NCBI GenBank assembly: GCA_003141455.1
Contig: PLMA01000026.1
Span: 10,701-74,700 of the forward strand
Length of the DNA: 64,000 nt
Reading direction: 5' to 3'
Origin: Chloroflexota bacterium
GTDB taxonomy: Bacteria; Chloroflexota; Limnocylindria; Limnocylindrales; CSP1-4
The notes beneath the pieces were generated by a model. The model searched no databases. It was not told the DNA's origin and saw only the letters and a list, made by a program, of their open reading frames with translations. The position numbers were made by a program, and so were the translations under genes. Positions 47,424-57,844 of this stretch are shown piece by piece (position 1 is the stretch's first letter; each line of letters begins with the position of its first letter).

Positions 47424-48104
47424 GTGGAGGGCGGAGCCCGGGGACTGGTCGGCGATCGCATCGGGCCTCGCCGGCCGGGCCGGCGGACTCGCCGGCAGGC
47501 TGCCATGGGCCGACGAGGAGGCCGCGGCGGAGACGCTCGGAATCGTGCCGGCCGTCCGGACGGGGACGGTACTCAACTCGACGTGCGGGGGCAACGCTGC
47601 GGGCATCTTCCTTCTCTGGGTCGTGTCCGGGCCCGGTCTCATACCGCTCCCCACCTTGGGAGTCGGCATAGTGGGCCCCGAGGAAGAATCGCTTCGGGCC
47701 GGACGGCGGCGCGATGCCAATCGCTGCCATGCCCATGGCTCCGGATAGCCGACGCCCTCCCGGAGGGAGATCGGGAGGGCGTCCAGGGAGCGGGGGAGAG
47801 TTCTTGGTTGTGGCCGGAGGGTCTTCTGAGGCTTGGGACGCGGCGCGGAGGAGGGAGCGGCCGCGTCCCTTGGCAGCATTTGTCGCATCCGTTCCTGAGG
47901 CAATCCTGAAATCAGAGTGCCTGGACCGATCCGTGGGCGGTCCCTACCGACCGAGAGCTCCGGAGAGACTTGAAGGGGAGGGATCGCGAACGGCAGGAGC
48001 GCGGCCCGAGACCTCCGCCGTCCCGCCGCCAGAAGCAGCCCAACCTGCCCGCGTTTCGCTTATCGTTTGCGGGTTGCTCCCCACCCCGCTTCAAGGAGCG
48101 TCTC

Positions 48105-49310
48105 GTGGCTCTTCCACTCCGGTCTCTGGCGCCCGCTCCGCCGGATCCGATCCTTGGTCTGACCGAGGCCTTCCGCGCCGACACACGCGCCGAGAAGGTC
48201 AACCTGGCGGTTGGCGTCTACGTCGACGACACCGGCGTGACGCCGGTCATCCCGTCCGTGCTCGAGGCGGAGCGCCGCCTCGTCGCGAAGGCCGGCTCGA
48301 AGGGCTACCTCCCGATCGACGGCCGGCCTGGATTCAAGAACGCGGTTCGAGATATGGTCTTTGCGCCGGACCATGAGATCGTGCGCAGCGGCCGGTCGGC
48401 GACGGCCCAGACGCCCGGCGGAACGGGTGCGCTGCGAGTCGCCGCCGACTTCTTGCTCCAGACCGGATCCTCGAAGACCATCTGGCTGAGCGAGCCGACA
48501 TGGCCGAATCACCCGCAGCTGTTCACCCTGGCGGGGTTCGCCCTCCGGACCTACCCCTACCTGGACGATTCGGGGCGGCAGGTGGACGTGGACAGGATGC
48601 TTGGCGCGCTCCGCTCGGCCGCCCCGGGCGACGTGCTCCTGCTCCACGGCTCGTGCCACAACCCCAGCGGCGTGGATCCGGACCAGGAGACATGGGCCGC
48701 CATCGGGGAGGTGGTGATCGAGCGCGAGTTGCTGCCGATAGTGGACTTCGCGTACCAGGGATTCGGTTTTGGGCTCCGCGAGGACGCCGACTGGCTGACC
48801 GGCCTGGCCCGGCCGGGACTCGAATTCCTGGTGTGCACGAGCTACTCCAAGAACTTCGCCCTGTACAACGAGCGCGTGGGCGCCCTCACGATCGTCGCAG
48901 CCGACTCGGGCCGGGCGGCCGCCGCGCTGAGCCACGTCAAGATCGCCATCCGCTCCAACTACTCGAACCCACCCGCCCACGGCGGCGACATCGTCGAGAC
49001 GATTCTCACGGACCCTGCCTTGCGGGCGCACTGGGAGGCGGACCTGGCCGAGATGCGTAACCGCATCCTGGGCAACCGCGCAGCTCTCGTGGAAGCGTTG
49101 GTCGCCGCGGACGTGCCCGGCAACTGGGATCCAATCCGGCGTCAGCGGGGCATGTTCGCGCTGCTCGGGCTGTCCGCCGATCAGGTGGCGCGGTTGCGCG
49201 ACGAGTTCGGCATATACGTCGTGGGGCGCGGCCGCATCAACGTGGCCGGCCTCACCACGGCCAACCTGCCGCGCGTGGTCCGGGCGGTGAAGGCCGTCAT
49301 CGAGGGCTAG
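48105..49310 (+). CDS. aspC: Aspartate/aromatic amino acid aminotransferase (class I, AspC/TyrB type)
   Basis: PPDPILGLTEAFRAD N-terminus (cf. E. coli AspC ADPILGLADLFRAD) and SYSKNFALYNERVG PLP-lysine motif. AAGGAG RBS plus GTG at 48105. Confidence 0.85.
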   Translation: MALPLRSLAPAPPDPILGLTEAFRADTRAEKVNLAVGVYVDDTGVTPVIPSVLEAERRLVAKAGSKGYLPIDGRPGFKNAVRDMVFAPDHEIVRSGRSATAQTPGGTGALRVAADFLLQTGSSKTIWLSEPTWPNHPQLFTLAGFALRTYPYLDDSGRQVDVDRMLGALRSAAPGDVLLLHGSCHNPSGVDPDQETWAAIGEVVIERELLPIVDFAYQGFGFGLREDADWLTGLARPGLEFLVCTSYSKNFALYNERVGALTIVAADSGRAAAALSHVKIAIRSNYSNPPAHGGDIVETILTDPALRAHWEADLAEMRNRILGNRAALVEALVAADVPGNWDPIRRQRGMFALLGLSADQVARLRDEFGIYVVGRGRINVAGLTTANLPRVVRAVKAVIEG

Positions 49311-49502
49311 CCAGGGTTCGGCGGACCGCGAGGCTCGCTGGACCGCCTGCCTCGGCGGACCTCGGGGTTCGGCGGACCTGTTGGGCCGCGCCATCCCCTC
49401 CGACAGGCGGCCCCGGTGGAGTCCGCGCCGGACCTCGGAACTCGCTGCCCCGGAGCGGCGTCTAGGATGTGTCAATCGCAACCACTACGCGATGGGGATC
49501 CG

Positions 49503-50399
49503 ATGAACACTTCCGCGGCTCATTTACCGCTCCCGGTCGCTCGCTTCGCGGGCGCCCTGGCCCTCTCCTTCCTGGTTGCGGCGTGCACGGCCGCCGGTGC
49601 GACGAACCCGCCGGGCGTCCCGTCCTCGTCCGCCGCCGATGGTTCCCCCGCGCCCGGGTCATCGGCGAGTGGCTTCTACCTCCGAGCGTCGCAAACCCAG
49701 GCCCTGGCGCCGCAGTACACGTTCGGCTGGTTGCCGGTCGCCACGATCGCCGACGGCAAGTTCTACGACGGCATGATCGCCGTCCCGTCGATCTATCCCG
49801 GCCCGCTGTACGTCGGACTGTCGTACCAGACGATCAGCTCCAAGGGGATCGACGAGATCGTCGCCGAGGCGCGCAGCGACGGACTGCTCGGGACGAAGAC
49901 CGATTTCGTGGAGCAGCCGATGCCCGGGTCACCGACCTGCCACGTCCAGCTGATCGTGGACGGCGTGACGCACGACCTGACCGGCCAATGCGGTTCCACT
50001 GGCGCCCAAAACGCGGCCGCGTCCGGGAGCTCGGGCGCGTTTGCCGCCTTCTGGAACAAGCTGACGAGCCTCTCGGCCTGGCTCGGGCTGGAGCTCGGAT
50101 CCAGCGTCGCGTATGTGCCCTCGAGACTCGCCGTACTCGTCACGCCGCCCGTGGTGATGCAGGACGGCTCGATCGCACCCAACCAGAAGCCGTGGCCCCT
50201 CGCCGCGTCGTTCGCCTCGTTCGGCTCGCCGACGGGCTCGGCCGACGTTCGATGCGCGGTCCTGTCGGGTGCGGACCTGGCCACGCTCCTGCCGGCCATC
50301 CAGGCAGGCAACCAGCTGACCCGCTTCGTGGACGGCCAGTCGGTGGAGAGGTCGCTTCAGGCCCGAGTTCTGTTGCCGGGTGAGGCCGATCCCTGCTGA
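49503..50399 (+). CDS. Lipoprotein of unknown function
   Basis: Lipobox LVAAC after a signal peptide; no recognisable domain. Confidence 0.5.
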   Translation: MNTSAAHLPLPVARFAGALALSFLVAACTAAGATNPPGVPSSSAADGSPAPGSSASGFYLRASQTQALAPQYTFGWLPVATIADGKFYDGMIAVPSIYPGPLYVGLSYQTISSKGIDEIVAEARSDGLLGTKTDFVEQPMPGSPTCHVQLIVDGVTHDLTGQCGSTGAQNAAASGSSGAFAAFWNKLTSLSAWLGLELGSSVAYVPSRLAVLVTPPVVMQDGSIAPNQKPWPLAASFASFGSPTGSADVRCAVLSGADLATLLPAIQAGNQLTRFVDGQSVERSLQARVLLPGEADPC

Positions 50400-50456
50400 T
50401 CGCAGGGCCACGACAAGGGGGCCGAACGGCTGTTGCGGCCTCGCTCCGGCGGGTCG

Positions 50457-52217
50457 ATGCTGCGCCTTATGAGACAGCTTCCTCGGTCGGTCAAGGACCT
50501 CCGCCCGACCGGTGTCGTCCACACCCCATTCCGCGGCGCCGAGCTCCTCGAGCGCCCCCTGCTGAACAAGGACACGGGCTTCGACGAAGAAGAGCGAGAC
50601 GTCTTCGGACTGCGAGGGTTGCTCCCGCCGAGAACGGCGGCGATCACGGAGCAGGTGCACCTGGAGCTCGAGCACATCCGCCGCAAGAGCGACGACCTCG
50701 AGCGCTACATCGGCCTCGCGGCGCTGCAGGACCGGAACGAGACCCTCTTTTATCGGGTCCTCCTCGAGAACCTCGAGGAGTTCCTGCCGATCGTCTACAC
50801 CCCGACCGTGGGTCGTGCCTGCCAAACCTTCAGCCACATCATGCGCCGGCCGCGCGGGCTGTGGATCACTCCGGCCGACATCGACCGGATCCCCGATCTG
50901 CTGCGAAACGCCCGGCCGGACGCGACCGGCTCGGGCGCGGCCGCGGAGGACGTGCGCCTGATCGTGGCCACGGACAACGAGCGCATCCTCGGCCTCGGCG
51001 ACCAGGGCGCCGGCGGCATGGGCATCCCCGTCGGGAAGCTGGCCCTGTACACCGCGGGGGCGGGCATCTACCCGGCTCACACGCTGCCCGTGTCGCTGGA
51101 TGTTGGCACTGACAACGCGGATCTGCTGGCCGATCCGCTCTACATCGGGTACCGCCAGCGGCGGCTCCGCGGAGCGGAGTACGACGATTTCCTCGAGGCG
51201 TTCGTGGGTGCCATCCTGGACGTGTACCCACGCGCCATCCTGCAGTGGGAAGACTTCAAGCAGCACAACGCCATCAAGATCCTGGACCGCTACCGCCACA
51301 GGATCACCAGCTTCAACGACGACGTCCAGGGCACCGGCGCCGTAGTTCTGGCGGGGATTCTGGCCGCCGTTCGGGCTCTGGGCCGGCCGCTGGGCGAGCA
51401 GCGGTTCGTCTTCCTCGGAGCCGGGGCCGCCGGGATCGGCATCGCTCGCACGGTTCGGGCGGCCATGAACGCCGAGGGTCTGGACGCCGCATCTGTGAAG
51501 CGGGCCATCGTCGCCGTAGACACGAAGGGCCTCGTCTTCGCCGGCCGCGATGAGCTCGACGACGACAAGGTGGAGTTCGCGCTTGGGCCCGAGGAGCTGG
51601 CCGGTTACGGCCTGGCCGGTCTGGAGCCGGGCGACCGGCGGGGCCTGGAGGCAGTGGTGGCCGCGGTCAAGCCGACGATGCTGGTAGGCACCAGCGGCGT
51701 GGCCGGCGCCTTCACGGAGAAGGCGATCCGCGAGATGGCCGCTCACGCCGAGCGACCGGTCATCTTCCCGCTCTCCAATCCCACGGCCAGGACGGAGGCC
51801 GTTCCTGCCGACATCATGGCCTGGACCGGCGGCCGTGCTCTGATCGCCACCGGCAGTCCCTTCGAGCCGGTCACGGTCGACGGAAAGACCCACGTCATCG
51901 GCCAGGCCAACAACGTCTTCATCTTCCCGGGGGTTGGCCTGGGGGCGATCGTGGCCGAGGCCCACGAGATAACCGACGAGATGTTCCTGCTCGCCGCGCG
52001 AACGCTCGCTGAGATGGTCTCGCCGGAACGCCTCGCCGCCGGCGCTCTGTATCCGGCTGTCTCGGAGCTGCGCGAGGTCTCCCGGCAGATCGCAGAGAAG
52101 GTGGTCTGCCAGAGCCGCGACTGCGGCGTCGGCCGGCTCTACCGCGACGAAGAGGTCCTCGACGCTGTCGAATCCGCGATGTGGTATCCGGACTATCTGC
52201 CGTACCGCCCGGTCTGA
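50457..52217 (+). CDS. maeA: NAD(P)-dependent malic enzyme
   Basis: Full-length malic enzyme motifs (FNDDVQGTG, VFLGAGAAG, divalent-cation site). Confidence 0.9.
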   Translation: MLRLMRQLPRSVKDLRPTGVVHTPFRGAELLERPLLNKDTGFDEEERDVFGLRGLLPPRTAAITEQVHLELEHIRRKSDDLERYIGLAALQDRNETLFYRVLLENLEEFLPIVYTPTVGRACQTFSHIMRRPRGLWITPADIDRIPDLLRNARPDATGSGAAAEDVRLIVATDNERILGLGDQGAGGMGIPVGKLALYTAGAGIYPAHTLPVSLDVGTDNADLLADPLYIGYRQRRLRGAEYDDFLEAFVGAILDVYPRAILQWEDFKQHNAIKILDRYRHRITSFNDDVQGTGAVVLAGILAAVRALGRPLGEQRFVFLGAGAAGIGIARTVRAAMNAEGLDAASVKRAIVAVDTKGLVFAGRDELDDDKVEFALGPEELAGYGLAGLEPGDRRGLEAVVAAVKPTMLVGTSGVAGAFTEKAIREMAAHAERPVIFPLSNPTARTEAVPADIMAWTGGRALIATGSPFEPVTVDGKTHVIGQANNVFIFPGVGLGAIVAEAHEITDEMFLLAARTLAEMVSPERLAAGALYPAVSELREVSRQIAEKVVCQSRDCGVGRLYRDEEVLDAVESAMWYPDYLPYRPV

Positions 52218-52434
52218 CAGAAGAGCCGGGCGTTGCGCCCTTGCACCACCTGGCTAGGGCCCCCAGGACCTTCGGTTGGTGCACTAATAGCCCCAAAGGG
52301 ATCAAGTTGCACCGCAGCGGCACCGAAACCTTGGACAGAACCTGACCTGAGCGGTCCTGGTTGGCCCAAGTCCGCGCGGATGGCTCGGCTTGGCGGTTTG
52401 GAAATCAGGCCGGCGGGCCCAAGGAGTTCTTGTA

Positions 52435-52995
52435 ATGGCCGTAGGCACATTCGATCCGTTGTCAGGGACGACCGGGATAGTCGTCACCCGCAGGAAGCCC
52501 GGCCACTTTGTGGCGCTTACCGAGGACGGCCGAATCGACGCAATGCTCGCCCAGGGCGGTGTCAAGCTCGCGAATGCCCTGGAGAAGCGCGCCGCGATCA
52601 GCGTGAGCAACGCGCAGCAGGCTCCGAACGACCTCTCCGCGCCTCTCGCGCCCGCAAACGGCGTCAGGAGCGTCGACCCGTACGACATCACGATCGCGAT
52701 GCCCGCCGAGGATGGCGAGCCGGTCGTCTCCGAGGCAGATCGGGATGCCTGGAGCAGGTTCCGAGTCGCCTTCGACGTAACGCTCGAAGCCACTCCGTTC
52801 ACGATCTCAGGCGTGCTGCTGCTGCTCCCGTCACAGGACCCGATGTCGCTGACCGAGCGCGGAACCGAGTTGTTCCTGCCCGTCTTCAGCCCAACGGTGG
52901 AAGTCGGCAACACGATCCTTCGCGACACCCCGCGCGACGCGATCCTGGTCAACCGATCGCACCTTCGCCGGGTCAAGGCCAGCATGCGGTTCTAG
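52435..52995 (+). CDS. Hypothetical protein
   Basis: AAGGAG RBS 9 nt upstream of the ATG at 52435. 186 aa with no recognisable domain. Followed by a terminator hairpin. Confidence 0.5.
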   Translation: MAVGTFDPLSGTTGIVVTRRKPGHFVALTEDGRIDAMLAQGGVKLANALEKRAAISVSNAQQAPNDLSAPLAPANGVRSVDPYDITIAMPAEDGEPVVSEADRDAWSRFRVAFDVTLEATPFTISGVLLLLPSQDPMSLTERGTELFLPVFSPTVEVGNTILRDTPRDAILVNRSHLRRVKASMRF

Positions 52996-53066
52996 CTGCA
53001 AGTTCGGAAGACATCCCCGAGCCCCGGGGCGGGCATTCCAGGACGGGATCGAATCTCACCTACTGA

Positions 53067-53099
53067 CGGCGCGACTACGGCCAGTCGCGCCGTCTGTTT
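53067..53099 (+). terminator. Rho-independent terminator
   Basis: GGCGCGACT-ACGGCC-AGTCGCGCC 9-bp stem followed by GTCTGTTTG. Confidence 0.45.
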
Positions 53100-53353
53100 G
53101 CGCGTAGCCCACGCGCTGCGCAATCGCCCCGCCACGGACGGGCGAATCCCGAACCGAGGGCCGCCACCGGCAAGATCGACGCCAGGTGAGAGAATGCCCG
53201 AAACCGCTCCCACGTGAGCAGCGTTCGGTCGATTCGCACGGTCGCCTTGATCCAGCCGGCGATCGGTCTCCGAGAACGCTGCTCAGCGGGCGTGCAAGTA
53301 GCCGCCCGCCCGGGAGCCACTTGCTGCGTAGCCGGTCACCCGGAGAGGTCGAG

Positions 53354-54472
53354 ATGATTGTTGGCGTGCCCCGCGAGATCAAGGACAACGAGTTCCGGGT
53401 AGGCCTCACGCCGAGCGCCGTCCGCGAGCTCGTCGAGCACGGTCACAAGGTGGTCGTCGAGTCGGGCGCCGGAGCGGCGATAGATCTCGACGACAACTAC
53501 TACCGGGCCGTCGGCGCCGAGATCGTCCCGGATTCCGCGGCGGTTTTCGGCCGAGCCGAGCTCGTCGTGAAGGTCAAGGAACCGCAGCCGGCGGAGATCG
53601 GCCTGCTGCGCGAGGGCCAGGTTCTCTTCACATACCTCCACCTCGCGCCGGACGCAGCCCAGACGGCGGGGATCCTGCGATCCGGTTGCATCGCCGTGGC
53701 GTACGAGACGGTCACAGACGAGCGTGGCGGCCTGCCACTGCTGGCCCCGATGAGCGAGGTGGCCGGACGGATGTCGATCCAGGCCGGAGCTCACGCCCTC
53801 GAGCGCGAGGCCGGGGGTCGAGGCGTCCTGCTCGGCGGCGTCCCCGGCGTCCCGCCGGCAAAGGTCGTGGTGCTGGGCGGCGGCGTGGTGGGCATGAATG
53901 CCCTGCGCATGGCCCTCGGGCTCGAGGCGGACGTCACCGTCCTGGACAAGTCGCTGCCCCGCCTCAAGGAGCTCGACCTGGCCTTCGCCCCGGCTCTAAA
54001 GACGCGCTACGCCACGATCGACGCAGTCGAGGAGAGCGTCCTGACGGCGGACCTGGTCATCGGCGCCGTTCTCACGCCGGGGGGAACCGCCCCTCGACTC
54101 GTAACCCGCGAGATGATTCGCAGCATGCGCCGTGGAACCGTCGTGGTGGACGTGTCGATCGACCAGGGCGGCTGCTTCGAGACGTCTCGACCCACGACTC
54201 ACTCCAATCCCACATTCGTGGTCGACGGTGTCGTCCACTACTGCGTCACGAACATGCCCGGCGCCGTGGCCCGAACCTCGACCTTCGCCCTCAACAACGC
54301 CACGTTGCCCTTCACCCTGGCGCTCGCCGATAAGGGCGTTCGAAAGGCCATGGCGGATGACTGCCATCTCCTGGACGGACTGAACGTCTGCCGTGGCCAC
54401 GTAACCCATCGGGCCGTGGCCGAGGCGCACGGGCTGGAGTTCGTGCCGCCCGAGCAGGCGCTCGCTTTCTAG
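53354..54472 (+). CDS. ald: Alanine dehydrogenase
   Basis: [20 protein letters not shown] start, NAD Rossmann [10 protein letters not shown], full-length 372 aa. Confidence 0.9.
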   Translation: MIVGVPREIKDNEFRVGLTPSAVRELVEHGHKVVVESGAGAAIDLDDNYYRAVGAEIVPDSAAVFGRAELVVKVKEPQPAEIGLLREGQVLFTYLHLAPDAAQTAGILRSGCIAVAYETVTDERGGLPLLAPMSEVAGRMSIQAGAHALEREAGGRGVLLGGVPGVPPAKVVVLGGGVVGMNALRMALGLEADVTVLDKSLPRLKELDLAFAPALKTRYATIDAVEESVLTADLVIGAVLTPGGTAPRLVTREMIRSMRRGTVVVDVSIDQGGCFETSRPTTHSNPTFVVDGVVHYCVTNMPGAVARTSTFALNNATLPFTLALADKGVRKAMADDCHLLDGLNVCRGHVTHRAVAEAHGLEFVPPEQALAF

Positions 54473-54531
54473 GCAGCAGCGGCCGGCCGCCAGCGGCAGC
54501 CGTACCGAGGTCGTCGGCAGGAGGAGATCGG

Positions 54532-55233
54532 TTGCGGTTCGACATATACCTGGAATCGGGGCCGCAGCACCGCAAGACATGGGTCTTCGTGCCGAGCCTG
54601 CCCGGTTGCGTCGCCGTGGGCCCTACCAGCGAAGCCGCGATCGAGATCGCACGAACCGCGATTGGAGAGCGGCTCGACTTCCTCAGCCGCCACGGTGAGA
54701 CGATCGCCGGGGCGGAGACGATCGACGTCGTCGTCGCGGAGCACGTCATAGAGCGAGACTTCCTGGGCTATGCCCAGCAGTTCTTCCCGCCGGACGCCGA
54801 GCCCTTGACGGAGGACGAGGCCCGCCGCCAGCTGCGCTGGGCTGCCTGGTCGCGCGAGGAGCTCGTGGCGGCGGCCCAGGCGCAACCCGAGCCACTGACC
54901 GTCAAGCCGGCCGCGGGCGGGAGATCGGCCGCGGCGATCATCTCGCACGTCGCCGGGGCGGAGTGGGCCTACATCAGCTCCACGCTAGGTACCTTACGCG
55001 GCGGCAGCGCGGCGATCGCCGCGATCGAAAGAGCGGGAGAGCAGCCGTGGGAGGCGCTCGCCGCCGAGCGCCCGGCCCTCATAGGGCGCCTCGATGCCAT
55101 GACACCTGAAGAGCTGAGCCGAGTGGTCGAACGCAAAGGCAGGCCCCACTGGACCGCCCGTCGAATGCTGCGCCGTATGCTCGAGCACGAATCGGAGCAC
55201 GTGGAGGAGCTGCGGTCGCGACTGCCGACTTGA
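54532..55233 (+). CDS. HicB-like (UPF0150) N-terminal domain fused to DinB/YfiT-like metal-binding domain
   Basis: N-terminal ~70 aa (MRFDIYLESGPQHRKTWVFVPSLPGCVAVGPTSEAAIEIARTAIGERLDF) resembles HicB antitoxin fold proteins. The remaining four-helix region has DinB_2-like His motifs (ISHVAGAEWAY, LEHESEHVEEL). Confidence 0.55.
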   Translation: MRFDIYLESGPQHRKTWVFVPSLPGCVAVGPTSEAAIEIARTAIGERLDFLSRHGETIAGAETIDVVVAEHVIERDFLGYAQQFFPPDAEPLTEDEARRQLRWAAWSREELVAAAQAQPEPLTVKPAAGGRSAAAIISHVAGAEWAYISSTLGTLRGGSAAIAAIERAGEQPWEALAAERPALIGRLDAMTPEELSRVVERKGRPHWTARRMLRRMLEHESEHVEELRSRLPT

Positions 55234-55309
55234 GTCGCCGGGCGCACGGTTGCCTCAGATACATAGAAGCCGGCGCGTCGCGCCGGCTTCACGATTCGTG
55301 ACGGGTCCG

Positions 55310-55795
55310 TCAGGCGCCGAGCACTACTCGGGCGATCTCCGGATCGATCTCCTCGGTGAGCAGAGCGCCCACTCGCTCGGCGGCTCGCTTTGCCAGCGGG
55401 TTGCCCATCGTGAAGCGATTGTTCGGAACCAAGAGGTCGAGATCCTCGAGCCGCGACTGGCTGAACCGGGCGCGATGACGCTGGCAGCAGTTGATGGTCA
55501 GGTCCTGCTCGTCCTCGATTCCGTGCCCGGTGATGTAGTAATTGCCAATCCGGGCTACGACCTCTACCGGGCCGGTGCCGTTGGCGTAGAAGCCCAAGGG
55601 ATGGACGGCGGTGGGGCCGAGCCAGGCGACGAGGGCGTCGACTAGGACGGCCGATGCCTTGACCTCGTGCCACCCCTCGCCTCGCACGATCTGGGCAACG
55701 GAGCGGCCGATCTCGGCCGCTTCCTCGGAAACGAGGACGGCAAGGAGGTCGCGGTTGAGCGAGGCGACGGCCCGGCTCGGGCCTTTTGTGCTCAT
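55310..55795 (-). CDS. Hypothetical protein
   Basis: 161-aa ORF with ATG at 55795; no recognisable domain. Confidence 0.4.
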   Translation of the reverse strand: MSTKGPSRAVASLNRDLLAVLVSEEAAEIGRSVAQIVRGEGWHEVKASAVLVDALVAWLGPTAVHPLGFYANGTGPVEVVARIGNYYITGHGIEDEQDLTINCCQRHRARFSQSRLEDLDLLVPNNRFTMGNPLAKRAAERVGALLTEEIDPEIARVVLGA

Positions 55796-56095
55796 AACAC
55801 TCTGCTGACGGTCAGGTTGATCCACTGTAGCGCTCGTGATTCCAGTCGTGTGCGCGTACACGATAGACGAGCCATTCTGGTCGTCAAGTACAGCCTTCCG
55901 GCCCGCTCGGTCAGTACTTTCGGCTGCACGAGAGTGGACCCCGTGACCGGACGACCCAGTTGCCCGCCGTTACCCCGGCGTGCATGACGCCAAATTGAGC
56001 AGGCTACTTCAAGCATACCGCGCCGGTGCCGTAGCGCAACGCCTCGGGACACACACGATGCGCTAATGGCAGGATCCGGGCGCCAGTTCGCCGGA

Positions 56096-57745
56096 CTAGG
56101 CCCCGGCGCCCGCCGCCGCAAGGGCATGAGTCACGACCATCTGAGCCTCGCCGAGCAGGAGCTGCAGATGCTCCTCGCCCAGGAAACTCTCGGCGTAGAC
56201 CTTGTACACCTCCTCCGTCCCGGAGGGGCGGGCCGCGAACCAGCCGTGCTCGGTAATGACCTTGACCCCGCCGATCGGCGCGTCGTTGCCGGGCGCTCGA
56301 GTGAGCACGGCGACGATGGGCTCTCCGGCAAGCTCCGATGCCTCGATCTGGGTCGGTGAGAGCCTGGCCAGAACCGCCTGCTGTTCGCGTGTGGCAGGGG
56401 CGTCGATGCGCCGGTAGGCGGGTGCTCCGAACCGCGCCGTCAGCTCGCCATACGCGACGGCCGGGTCGTGCCCGCTACGCGCGGTCAGTTCGGCGGCGAG
56501 CAGGCAGGCGATCAGGCCGTCCTTGTCGCTCGTCCAGACCGTCCCGTCGCGGCGCAGGAACGAGGCGCCGGCGCTCTCCTCTCCCCCGAACCCGAGCGAG
56601 CCGTCGACCAGTCCGGCCACGAACCACTTGAAACCGACCGGGACCTCGAGCAACTTGCGGGGGAGCTCAGCCGCGACGCGGTCGAGCATGCCAGTGGAGA
56701 CAAGCGTCTTGCCGACGGCCACGTCCGGACGCCAATCTCGGTTCCGATACACGTATGCGACCGCCGCGGAGAGGAAGTGATTCGGATTCATCAGCCCGGC
56801 CGTTGCGGTCACGATGCCGTGGCGGTCCGCGTCCGTGTCGTTGGCGAAGGCCACGTCGAAGCGGTCTTTCAGGGCCACCAGTCGGGCCATCGCGTAGGGC
56901 GACGAAGGATCCATTCGGATCCGGCCGTCCCAATCGACGGTCATGAAGCCGAACTGGGGATCGACGACCTCGTTGGTGACGGTCAGATCGAGGCGGTACC
57001 GGTCGCGGATGGCGGGCCAGTAGCCGACGCTCGCGCCTCCGAGGGGATCCACGCCCAGCTTCAGGCCGGAGGCCCCGATGGCCTCCATGTCGACGACTCG
57101 CGCCAGGTCGGCGACGTAGACCCCCGTGAAGTCGTAGCGTCCGACCTCGCGCACGGCGCGCTCGTACGGCAGGCGCCGGACCCCCGCCAGCCGGGCCGCG
57201 AGCAGCTCGTTGGCCGCGTCCTGGATCGCCCCGGTCACGTCGGTGTCGGCCGGACCGCCGCTGGGCGGGTTGTACTTGAACCCTCCATCCTCCGGTGGGT
57301 TGTGGGAAGGAGTGACGACGACGCCGTCGGCGAGGCCTACTTCGCGATCGCGGTTGTAGGTGAGGATCGCGTGCGAGACGGAGGGCGTAGGCGTCAAGCC
57401 GTCGGCGCTGTCGACCAACACCGAAACGCCGTTCGCGACCAGGACCTCGATGGCGGATCGCGTCGCCGGCTCGGAGAGGGCGTGGCTGTCGCGGCCGATG
57501 AAGAGCGGCCCGCTCGTTCCCTGGGCCTGCCGGTAGCGGCAGATGGCCTCGGTCGTGGCCAGAATGTGGTCCTCGTTGAAGGAGGCGTTCAGCGACGAGC
57601 CCCGGTGCCCCGAGGTGCCGAAGGCGACCGCCTGAGCCCGCACGTTTGGATCGGGGTGGATGTCGTAGTAGGCCGCGATGAGCCGGTCGACGTCGACCAG
57701 CATCGATGGCTCCGCGGGCTTGCCCGCCCGGTCGCTGACTTCCAC
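56096..57745 (-). CDS. pgm: Phosphoglucomutase (alpha-D-glucose phosphate-specific)
   Basis: Active-site TPSHNP, Mg site DTDADRH, sugar-binding GEESAG, full-length 549 aa. Confidence 0.9.
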   Translation of the reverse strand: MEVSDRAGKPAEPSMLVDVDRLIAAYYDIHPDPNVRAQAVAFGTSGHRGSSLNASFNEDHILATTEAICRYRQAQGTSGPLFIGRDSHALSEPATRSAIEVLVANGVSVLVDSADGLTPTPSVSHAILTYNRDREVGLADGVVVTPSHNPPEDGGFKYNPPSGGPADTDVTGAIQDAANELLAARLAGVRRLPYERAVREVGRYDFTGVYVADLARVVDMEAIGASGLKLGVDPLGGASVGYWPAIRDRYRLDLTVTNEVVDPQFGFMTVDWDGRIRMDPSSPYAMARLVALKDRFDVAFANDTDADRHGIVTATAGLMNPNHFLSAAVAYVYRNRDWRPDVAVGKTLVSTGMLDRVAAELPRKLLEVPVGFKWFVAGLVDGSLGFGGEESAGASFLRRDGTVWTSDKDGLIACLLAAELTARSGHDPAVAYGELTARFGAPAYRRIDAPATREQQAVLARLSPTQIEASELAGEPIVAVLTRAPGNDAPIGGVKVITEHGWFAARPSGTEEVYKVYAESFLGEEHLQLLLGEAQMVVTHALAAAGAGA

Positions 57746-57844
57746 GCCTAGCCCCTTGCTCGTTGGCCCGTTGTTCGGCCTGCGGAGGGCATGATGACGC
57801 GCCTGGTTCCGAGAGACCAGCCCGTGCGGTCGGTGGAGCTCCGC

